In this document: positions 53,631-64,000 of the stretch, one piece after another
How the letters are laid out: each line of letters begins with the position of its first letter
Numbering within the stretch: the first letter of the stretch is position 1
Assembly: GCA_951406725.2 (NCBI GenBank)
Contig: OX597822.1
Location: forward strand, 9,920,001-9,984,000
DNA: 64,000 nucleotides
Reading direction: 5' to 3'
Origin: Octopus vulgaris
Lineage: Eukaryota
The notes under the pieces: generated by a model
The model's database searches: none
The model's input: only the letters and a program-made list of their open reading frames with translations
What the model was told of the DNA's origin: nothing
Made by a program: the position numbers and the translations under genes

Positions 53631-54109
53631 AGTTAGAACCAAATCATACAAGAGAAGCAAGAGGTGACATTCGTAGCAGATGTAATTCTCATTATGAAAC
53701 GATTCCTGTTGTTAACTGTTTAGTTTGACCACTGAACAATTACATTATACATTGTAGCAATCGGGTCTCTGAAGACGAGAATGCTTCAATCATCCGCTTG
53801 GTGACGATAGTTGACCTTAACGTATGCTTTAGGTTAATCTACTCTACATTTAATGACTTAGAAGATTTAGTGGGGAGACATGTCCAGAATCGCATACGTT
53901 TGTGCATCTCCAAGTATACAACCAAAAGACAAGTCACAGCTTCTAGTGAAGTGTCTTTACTAATGTCTTTAACTGTATCCTGAACAGAGATATGCGCCTA
54001 ATGTTATGTTGTCCCCTATTCCTTCCTATAAACTAATGGTCCCAGTCGGTTACCAGTTTCAAGACACATTTACTAAGACAGTTAAAACAAAGAATAGCAT
54101 GTAATAATT

Positions 54110-54320
54110 CGTTCTAATATCGGCACATGGCCAGCAATTGTGAGAGGCGGGGAATAAAGTCGATGGCATCAACCTCAGTGTTCAAGTGGTACTTATTTTA
54201 TTCACATAGAAAGGATGAAAGGCAAGTCGACCTTGGTTGGCATTTGAACTTAGAACTTAAAGAGCCAGAAGAAATATCACTATGCAATTTTGTCCGACGC
54301 GCAAATACCTTAGTCTGCCA
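54110..54320 (-). mobile_element. SINE family B
   Basis: GAAAGGATGAAAGGCAAGTCGACC. Confidence 0.75.
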
Positions 54321-54857
54321 TGTTATGATAAATGTTGCAGAGAAGACATTAAGTTTCCATCATCTGTGCAAGGCTCGGATGCTCAACGCGTCCACTATAT
54401 CGTATGTTTTACTTTCTTTCTCTTTTTTCTTTCGTACAGCATTCTCTGTTTTTGGTCAAGTGTTGCAGCAGACCATTGAACCGCCACCAGTCAGTTGTTC
54501 ATAGCGAACAGTTTGGCAAAGAGATGCTGACAACCAATATACATCCACTTGGAATTTATAGCACTAGCTTACTGCAGCTGCCAGAGATCGAAAAGTGAAT
54601 TTTTGCATATGCTAATTCCTTTGACCGGACTTATTCTGCGAATTTTGTGGCTTAGTGTGCCAGAGCATGTGCCTCTACGCAAAAAAAACGCACCCTTCAT
54701 GTTTAACGTTGAAAAAGGCAGCAATGGTCACTCACGCTGCAAGCACATGGTAGCATCTCACTTCACCTCTTCCAAATAGTTAACTAGCCCTTTCTCATAT
54801 ATAACCTTCTGTTTGGCTTCGTCTTTACTGAAACTATTAAATTTAATCTCAACTCAA

Positions 54858-55783
54858 GAACCTTTGTGGTTATCGTCACTGCATGTCGAAATCTTTAAAG
54901 ATTCTTTTAATGTATCTTATAGATGTAATTTTTGATGCTGAATCCGAATTTGTTATTCATTTATTCCCGAAAAATTTAGAGAAAATGTTACAGGTGTTCA
55001 GAGTTTGATAATTTTCAGAATTTTCAGCCAATCAGAAAACAGCGCGTTCGTTGCCTCTTCCATCATCTGTCACAATAGCGAGAAAGAAGCATTAAACTAG
55101 CTGCAGTAAAAAGTGAAAAACACTAAAAGATTCGGGAGCAAATTTAATATTCAAAAGCTACGAGCAAATCAACAGGAGTTGCTAGAAATAGCAGTCAAAA
55201 CATTAGAATATACACAAGCAAAGTAAACAGAGAAAAACATTAAAACATTCGCAAGCAAATTAGATATTTAAAAGCTACGAGCAAACCAACAAGAGTTACT
55301 AGAAATAATAGTTAAAACATTGCTTAAAACACATTTATTAGTTAAAAAAACTAAGTTTACTCTTATCTCCTTTTCCACATAAATTCTTAAGATAAGAGCC
55401 AACCATGGAACGGTGTGTTCCACACCGGCGTTTGTTTCCACGCTTTAAAGAAGCCCAAGTATTCTCAATTTGGTGGTTACACTCCTTGTGGGCACGCGTA
55501 ACATCTTTGGCTACTATGGAAACAGAGTTCTTCGCAATCAGCAATGGAACACCTGGTGCTTCTTTGCTTGATATATTAACAGAATTTCACGCTGATGTGT
55601 AAAACACTCTCTTCTGATTGGCTAAAATACCCGAATTTTGCAAATTTTAAAGGCTAGTAACTTTTTAATTATGAATTTATAGGAAAAAGGAATTTGATTT
55701 TCATAATTAGTATACAAAACTTAACCCATATACCCAATTTGAGACCAATTGGAACAAAACTGTGACGATAACTACAAAGATCT
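54858..55783 (-). mobile_element. Non-autonomous Merlin (IS1016/ISXO2-like) DNA transposon
   Basis: ~22-bp TIRs (CTTTGTGGTTATCGTCAC / GTGACGATAACTACAAAG); flanking direct repeat TCAACTCA; minus-strand peptide QIENTWASLKRGNKRRCGTHRSMVGSYL. Confidence 0.85.
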
Positions 55784-56635
55784 CAACTCAGCTCTGCTTC
55801 AGATCTTGGTTCTAAAAGTCAATTCGGCCCATAATATCTTGCTTTATTTCTTTTTATTTTATTTCAAGCATAGTATACTTACAATTACCTTACACAATGG
55901 GGTCTCAACATTTTAATACAACAAACCAAGAACAGAAAGAATTCTGGGTGCTATTTCTAGCATTTGTAACGACTACGTTGAGGGACCTTCGTTTTCTCGT
56001 AGAAATAATGTAGTTATGAAATGAAAGAAATAACACAAAAAAAAGTTGGATTCTTGGCGACGGAATGAGAAAATAATGGTGTGTGCATTGTTAGTGTATG
56101 TGTTTGCATGTATATATGTATGCATGTATACATGTGTATATATATGTGTGTGTATGTGTGTGTGTGTATGTATATATATATATACGCACATTTATATATA
56201 TATATATATGTATATAATTGTGCGTATATATATATACATATAAAATGTAGTAGTCATTAGAAAGCGAGAAAAAGTGTAAGCGAATCGACCTCAATATGGT
56301 TGCGTGCACAACATGACTGCGCAAATGTTCCATGGTTCAAGTATTCTTCATCACCACCCATTTTATATACACGCGCACGAGTACACACACACGCACACAC
56401 ACACACATGCGCATACAGACGCATAGACAAGAACACAAACGCTTGGAGGCATACATATACACACACAAACGTCAGCACAAATATGTATACATTAACATAT
56501 GCATACTTATACATACGTATCCATATAAAAATGAACGTATATGTATGTGTATAAATATGTGTGTCTGTGTAAGTATGTCTCTATATATGTGTGTAAGTAT
56601 ATATACATACATACATACGTACATACATACATACA

Positions 56636-56714
<79 letters not shown>

Positions 56715-57139
56715 TCTTTACTCTCTTTTACTCTTTTACTTGTTTCAGTCATTCGACTGCGGCCATGCTGGAGCACCGTCTTTAGTCGAGCAAATCGACC
56801 CCGGGACTTATTCTTTGTAAGCCCAGTACTTATTCTATCGGTCTCTTTTTTGCCGAACCGCTAAGTGACAGGGACGTAAACACACCAGCATCGGTTGTCA
56901 AGCAATGCTAGGGGGACAAACACAGACACACAAACACACACACACATATACATATATATATATATACATATATACGACAGGCTTCTTTCAGTTTCCGTCT
57001 ACCAAATCCACTCACAAGTCATTGGTCGGCCCGGGGCTATAGCAGAAGACACTTGCCCAAGATGCCACGCAGTCGGACTGAACCTGGAACCATGTGGTTG
57101 GTTAGCAGGCTACTTACCACACAGCCACTCCTGCGCCTA
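56715..57139 (-). mobile_element. SINE family A, full length
   Basis: Family match with (TTTTACTC)n tail. Confidence 0.95.
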
Positions 57140-57316
57140 TATATATATATATATATGTTGTTGTTTTTGTCTCCTTTGGTCTAAAGTCGTATGACAACCA
57201 TCGTTATATATATTTTGTTTATTCATTACTGTTTTCAATTTCGTTTTCGTCTCTTGTATTTACATCCGTCTTGTGCGTTCACATTCCTGTCTTCTACCAA
57301 GAAATCTAATGCTTAC

Positions 57317-57420
57317 AGCTTAGTTTTTTTTCTTGGGGCTGGCCGAGTTGGAGCAAATATCAGAATTGAACAGCCGAAATTTGCTATGATGATTCGGTGT
57401 GTGACTGAAGATTGAAGGCT
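57317..57420 (+). ncRNA. Permuted hammerhead candidate, copy D (in repeat fragment ~57157-57475)
   Basis: GGCUG/CAGCC, CCGAGUU/GAUUCGG, AGCAAAU/AUUUGCU, AUA site at 57359, UCAGA/UGUGA, CUGAAGA at 57405. Confidence 0.65.
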
Positions 57421-57600
57421 TCGAATGATTTGTCTGTGTTCCGTGTTCGTCCCTTCCTGTATTTCACGTTCATTATATATAAAAACATTCATTCTTATAT
57501 ATATATATATATATATTAGAAGAAATGAGGTACTCAGAAGATCGGATGGTTTATATTTACAGATATTTATTTGTATATTACATTTTTTATACATCATATA

Positions 57601-57728
57601 ACTTAGATCATTAGCGCTTTCTCCCATTCTAGTGGGGTTTTCAAATCAAACTTAGTTTGATTTGAAAAACCCACTTAGTTTGATTTGAAAACCCCACTAG
57701 AATGGGAGAAAGCGCTAATGATCTAAGT
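57601..57728. repeat. Perfect 52-bp inverted repeat with partial third copy in the spacer
   Basis: 57601-57652 versus 57677-57728; 57654-57675 repeats the arm start. Confidence 0.95.
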
Positions 57729-57845
57729 GGGGACAAGAACGCAAAACATTCGGACAACTTGGTGAAACAAAAGGAGACAACAAAATCAGATAGACAATAC
57801 AAAAAAAAAAAAAAAAAGCACGGACGGGTCATTCGAAGACTTTTA

Positions 57846-57896
57846 TCTTCAGTCAAGAACCGGATCATCCTCGCGATTTCGGCTGATTAATCTTGA
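57846..57896 (-). ncRNA. Permuted hammerhead candidate, copy E (3' cleavage-product half only)
   Basis: UCAAGA uuaau CAGCC GAAA UCGCG...GAUCCGG u UCUUGA CUGAAGA; abuts (TA)n at the predicted scissile bond. Confidence 0.6.
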
Positions 57897-58235
57897 TTAT
57901 ATATATATAACGTATGCAAGTGTGTGATTCTATATATTACATATTCATTATTTTCTTCATGTGGTATAATTGAGGAGTATTTCTGACATTTTTAAAATTG
58001 ACATAGGCGTAAAATCATAGCACCGATGACCTTAAGTTTCGTTGTGGATGCTGTACATATTAATTATAGTTGGTTCGTAAGTTGATCTGCATTGATCCAC
58101 TGTAGAGCTATACATGGACACACTCACACAACACCCACACACACATTAATATGTGTTTTTAGGTCGAGTCACTGTGCGTGAGTGTGTGTATGTGTATGAG
58201 CGTGTGTGTGTATGTATAGACATAAATATGCTTGC

Positions 58236-58315
<80 letters not shown>

Positions 58316-58328
58316 ATATGTATATATT

Positions 58329-58368
<40 letters not shown>

Positions 58369-58563
58369 CACATGTATATAAGTACACACACATACACACT
58401 CGCACACACACACTTATTCACTGGCACACACGCGTCTACCAGTCACCCTTAGTTTGCCTGTTGTTTCTCTCTCTCTCTCTTCCTCTCTCCTCTCTTCTCT
58501 CACAAGCTTATATATATGTATATATACACAATATATCTATTTATCTATCTATCTATCTATCTA

Positions 58564-58627
<64 letters not shown>

Positions 58628-58644
58628 TATACTCATTTATTAAT

Positions 58645-59020
58645 TTAATTTTTCCAGTCATTTGACTGCAGCCATGCTGGAGCACCGCCTTTAGTCGAGC
58701 AAATCGACCCCAGGACTTATACTTTCGGGCTCTTTTGCCGAACCGCTAAGTTGCGGGACGTAAATATACCACCATCGGCTGTCGAGCGATGTTGGGGGGA
58801 TAAGCACAAACACACAAGCATGTACACACACACATACATATATATACATATACACGACGGGCGCCTTTCAGTTTTAGTCCGCCAAATCCACCCACAAGGC
58901 TTTGGTCGGCCCGAGGCTATAGTAGAAGACACTTGCTCAGTGTGCCACGCAGTGGGACTGAACCCGGAACCATGTGGCTGGTTAGCAAGCTACTTACCAC
59001 ACAGCCACTCCTGCCTCCTA
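58645..59020 (-). mobile_element. SINE family A
   Basis: Family match. Confidence 0.9.
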
Positions 59021-59392
59021 TAGATATATAGATATATGTTTCTGTGTGCGTGTGCTAATGTGTGAACTGTAGTTTCAAAATTTTACCCAGCGAAGATCTG
59101 ATTCAAGAAAGTTAAGTAGGGGCGCATATGACGGGGTGGAGTTTTATATATATGCTATCTGCGTCTTTCTCTATCTCTCTCCCATATTTATTCCTTCCTG
59201 CTATCAGCTCACCCTTTTTTTTTTCAAGTAGATGCCAACCATAAAAATTTTTTATGACTATATGTGGCGAAGGAATCGCCGTTGTTCGACCAATGGAACG
59301 ATACACTTAGTTACGGTCAATAGTAAAAAAAATTAGACACACACAAACACATACACAAATATACATACATGCATACATACATACATACATAT

Positions 59393-59423
<31 letters not shown>

Positions 59424-59629
59424 CATACATACATACATACATACATACATACACACACATATATACATATACACACGCACACACATATATATAAATATGC
59501 ACACACATATACACACACACATATATATGCATATTCAAACTTACATTATATATATATATATATATATGCTCGCGGCCACCAACGTTATTAGTTTTAGAAA
59601 TAGGATCTTTCTTTTATATATGTATGTAT

Positions 59630-60052
59630 AGGCGCAGGAGTGGCTGTGTGGTAAGTAGCTTGCTTACCAACCACATGGTTCCGGGTTCAGTCCCACTGCG
59701 TGGCACCTTGGGCAAGTGTCTTCTACTATAGCCTCGGGCCGACAAAAGCCTTGTGAGTGGATTTGGTAGACGGAAACTGAAAGAAGCCCGTCGTATATAT
59801 GTATATATATATATGTATAGGTGTGTGTGTATGTTTGTGTGTCTGTGTTTGTCCCCCTAGCATTGCTTGACAACCGATGCTGGTGTGTTTACGTCCCCGT
59901 CACTTAGCGGTTCGGTAAGAGAGAACCGATAGAATAAGTACTGGGCTTACAAAGAATAAGTCCTGGGTCGATTTGCTCGACTAAAGGCGGTGCTCCAGCG
60001 TGGCCGCAGTCAAATGACTAAAACAAGTAAAAGAGTAAAAGAGTAAAAGAGA
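59630..60052 (+). mobile_element. SINE family A, full length
   Basis: Head, CCTTGGGCAAGT core, internal microsatellite, (GAGTAAAA)n tail. Confidence 0.95.
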
Positions 60053-60293
60053 TATATTTATGTGTGTGTGTATGTATGTCTGTGGGTTTGCCTCTATGTC
60101 TGAATGTTGTAGCAGGAAAACTATGATTATCAGTAAATATGACTTGGGTCCTAAAACACCTACATTACTAGAAATAAGAGCTAAAAAGCTCTAATGCTGT
60201 AGTTAAGCACACAATTGTATATATATACTAATACAATTGTTTGTTTGTATTCCACCTGCCTTCGTCTTTTGTTTATTTTCATAAAGCTTCCCG

Positions 60294-60404
<111 letters not shown>

Positions 60405-61019
60405 TGCGTGTATGTGCGCGCGCGTATGTGTGTATTTATGTATGTATATCATTATACTGGTCCAAGGTAAGAGGCAGATTGTGAAGAGTTAGACTCAACT
60501 GAGCCATGGTGATTCTTACATTGATGCTGAATGGTGGAATCCGAGAAGATCAACCGTCAGGATCACTACGCTCGTTCAAGAAAGTTGGTTGTGTAATCAG
60601 CTAATGAAAGATTCGCTATGACTCCAGTCTGAGGACTCTATTCCCATGATCCTCTCAGGAATAGTGGGCGGGGTAGCGAGGGAGAGTCAAGGGGGGAATC
60701 AGCACCACCGAGATCAGATACGGATTCTTTAGATTTATTTGCCATTGTCCGAAAATAAAAATTAGTAAGCCTGATTTAGACAAGTGCAGGAAAGACGCAC
60801 AGACGGAAGTGTTAAGTTTTCAATATAAAATATTCTGCGTATTGCGATAGTCAATAAATAAAAATTTGATTTAAAAATTTATTTTTTCAGTGCGCCCTGG
60901 TGATGGGGCCTCCAGTGTTAAAGCATACTTTCGTCAGTGGCATTTAGTAGATTTTCTATCAAGTTAGCAGCATACCACAGGAATGTCGGGTTGCTCAGAG
61001 CTGCCATAGGTCTTCACAG

Positions 61020-61169
61020 CCTCCACCAACACCGTCACCATCGCAACTACTTTTACAACTACTAACTCCAGCTGCCACCGTTGCCAGTAATCAACCACCA
61101 CTGGTACTTTTACCACAACTATCGCCAGTAACTCCAACTACAATTACCTACCACCTCCCCTATTATCAT

Positions 61170-61200
<31 letters not shown>

Positions 61201-61790
61201 GCCGCCGCTGCCACCATCTCTATCGCCACCCTTACTATCGCTTCCACAATTACCATCACTAACACCACCACCACCATCACCACCACCCCTACCCCCCACA
61301 CCCACCACCACCATCAGTACCATCACCAACATCACCACCACCACCACCACCACCACCACCACAACCACCACTACCACCACCAATACCACCAACACCATCA
61401 AACCACCACCACCACCACCACCACCACCACCACCACCACACCACCACCACCACCACAATCACTACCACCACCACTACCACCACCACCATCACTACCACCA
61501 TCACCACCACCACCACCACCACCACCACCACCACCACCACCACAACCACCACTACCACCACCAATACCACCAACACCACCAAAACCACCACCACCACCAC
61601 CACCACCACCACCACCACCACCACCACCACCACCACCACCACCACAATCACTACCACCACCACTACCACCACCACCATCACTACCACCATCACCACCACC
61701 ACCACCACCACCATCACCATCACCACCATCACCACCACCACCATCACCACCACCAGCAGCACTGTCATCACTACCACCATAACCACTACG
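61020..61790. repeat. (ACC)n-rich tract with internal ~180-bp duplication
   Basis: ACAACCACCACTACCACCACCAATACCACCAACACC at ~61361 and ~61542. Confidence 0.9.
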
Positions 61791-62510
61791 CACCAAGCAC
61801 CCAAAACTTAGCACACCCCTACCATTCCACACTCTTTTATCTACATCTTCCCCTATTTAAACAACACCTTGCCGTCCATTAAACACAAACTACACTCGAT
61901 AAACTTAACAGATTCATTCTTGTCAACCTTACAATTACCCAAGTGGCCAACACTCTGAATCTATTTCTACTTCTCTTTCTGTTGGTATTCTCACTCCACA
62001 ATTCTCTCTCTTTGACAATCATTCTCTCTATTTCCCTCCTCTCTCTCTCTCTCTCTCTCTCTCTCCGTCTGTCTTTCTCTCTCTCTCTCTCTGGTAATGC
62101 ATTCCCCACGTACTCTCTGTATCACTTACTCTCATTCTCTGCCTCTCTTTCTCTTTATACAGCTCTCCATTTGTGTCTCCCTGTCTCTCTGTCTCTCTGT
62201 CTCTCTGTCTCTCTGTCTCCCTGTCTCTCTGTCTCCCTGTCTCTCTGTCTCTCTGACTCCCTGCTTTTGCCTGTCTGTCTCCGTCTGCCTGGCTGTCTTC
62301 TTGACTGTCTGACTTTCTGTCCGCCTGTCTGTTTGTCTCTCTCTCTCCCTCTCTCTCTCTCCCCCTCTCTCTCTCTGCCTCTGTCTGTCCGTTTGTCTAC
62401 CTGCCTGCACCACAGTCTATCTATATGTCTGTTTGACTGTCTGGGGTCTGTCCCTGTCTTTCTGTCTGTCTCTGTCTCTCTGTCTGTCTCAGACTGACAG
62501 ACAAACATCA

Positions 62511-62777
62511 GTTATTACCAGTCACTTGAGAGAAAGAAGCGGGAGAGAGACAAAGCTGTCTGTCTGTCCCTCTGTCTGCCTGACTGTCTGTCTGCCTGAC
62601 TGTCTGTCTGCCTGACTGTCTGTCTGCCTGACTGTCTGTCTGCCTGACTGTCTGTCTGCCTGACTGTCTGTCTGTCTGTCTGTCTGATATCTGTCTACCT
62701 GTCTCTCTCCCTCTCTCTCTTTCTCTCTGTCGCTTTGTCTCTCTCCCGCTTCTTTCTCCCAAGTGACTGGTAATAAC
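62511..62777. repeat. 46-bp inverted repeat enclosing a 16-bp tandem array
   Basis: 62511-62556 versus 62732-62777 (one mismatch); (CTGCCTGACTGTCTGT)n inside. Confidence 0.9.
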
Positions 62778-63394
62778 AGATACTCAGATTTAGCGTAAGT
62801 GATCCCCACCCAGCGAGACATCAATATCATACACAAGAGCTATAGAGTTATTCACGCACATACATGCGCACGCGCACACACCGGCACACATGCAACGCAT
62901 AAACATGCGTACACACACACACACATACACATATATGTTACAATTATATGTAAACTCATACACAGTTTTGGGGTGTAATACTATATAGTCATACACTCAC
63001 ACACACACATAGACACTCATATACAGAATGTGGCATTGTCGTCGAATGCGGAAATACACACACACTGACAGACACATGCACCCTCATACACTCACCGACT
63101 ACACTGACAGACACATACACATTCATATACTAAATGTGACGTTGTCGTCGTCGTCGTCGTGGTATAAAATGTCCTGTACTATATTTGACTGAGAAAGATT
63201 CTCTCTATCAAATGTTATATTGTTTTAATGGAAATGTAAAAAGAAATACTTATTGTCACTTTTGGGTGTGACACTGTAAAATTTGAGTTGGTGGAGCCAT
63301 TTGAGAAAGCACTGGAAACAGACAGAGAGAGACAAAGGATTTTTTATGTATAGATTAAGCACGTATTAAATGTTAATTTAAGGGTTAATATGTA

Positions 63395-63752
63395 ACTGTA
63401 AATACCTTGCAACATTGCAACTGCTGCGATAATTATTAACTGCTAACTAATCGGTGTATGTGTGAAATAAGATGATCTTCGTGTTATCACATTAGAATTA
63501 AATTGAAAATAAAAGTGAAACAATATTATATGACATTACAATATAGATCTTATTTTTCACTTTTGACACATAATACCGAACCAATCTAAAAGATTGCTCC
63601 AGGACCGCATTACGTAAGACGTTGAAATTTTTTGCCTCATGACACTTCATGGACCTTAAGTAATGCATGTGTAAAGTTTGAATGAAATCAGTTGGGTACT
63701 TCTCGTGTTTGAGGGATTCACCCATACAGCCAGACAGAGAGACACATTCTCA
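63395..63752 (-). mobile_element. Helitron-like fragment
   Basis: Homologous to 9760-10064; TTGCAACATTGCAA hairpin near its 3' end. Confidence 0.55.
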
Positions 63753-63915
63753 GGCGCAGGAGTGGCTGAGTGGTAAGTAGCTTGCTTACTAACCACATGG
63801 TTCCGGATTCAGCCCCACTGCGTGGCACCTTGGGTAATGTGTCTTCTACTATAGCCTCAGGCCGACCAAAGCCTTGTGAGTAGATTTAGTAGAGGGAAAC
63901 TGAAAGTTGCCTGTC

Positions 63916-63920
<5 letters not shown>
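63753..63920 (+). mobile_element. SINE family A head
   Basis: Family match; runs into microsatellite at window end. Confidence 0.9.

Positions 63921-64000
<80 letters not shown>

Noticed and set aside
55176-55200. GCTAGAAATAGCA resembles the Cas9 sgRNA scaffold
   Set aside because: That junction is an engineered tetraloop; flanks do not match, there is no CRISPR array or cas gene, and the word recurs as a host repeat
60629-60670. CTGAGGA followed by a hairpin
   Set aside because: No GAAA/UH elements in either canonical or permuted order

Overview
AT-rich, microsatellite-saturated eukaryotic DNA with no recognisable host protein-coding gene. The SINE repertoire and simple-repeat density suggest an octopus/coleoid cephalopod intron or intergenic region (inference). 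Almost all long ORFs in the track are translations of simple repeats. Real content: three tRNA-derived SINE families (>30 copies or fragments), several decayed Tc1/mariner elements, a non-autonomous Merlin element with TIRs and an 8-bp TSD, Helitron/Helentron-like elements, LINE 3' ends, and many Penelope-like element (PLE) termini sitting in (TA)n tracts, several with fold-back structures. Most notable is a set of self-cleaving-ribozyme motifs in the PLE-type repeats. There are ordinary type I hammerheads (one fully intact at 41661-41753). There are also five copies, from at least three diverged repeat families, of a rearranged, non-circularly permuted hammerhead (order P2a-P3a-UH-P1a-P2b-GAAA-P3b-P1b-CUGANGA) with covarying helices and fixed spacing. 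One copy is truncated at the predicted cleavage site. All structures were read by eye and none was computed or assayed.
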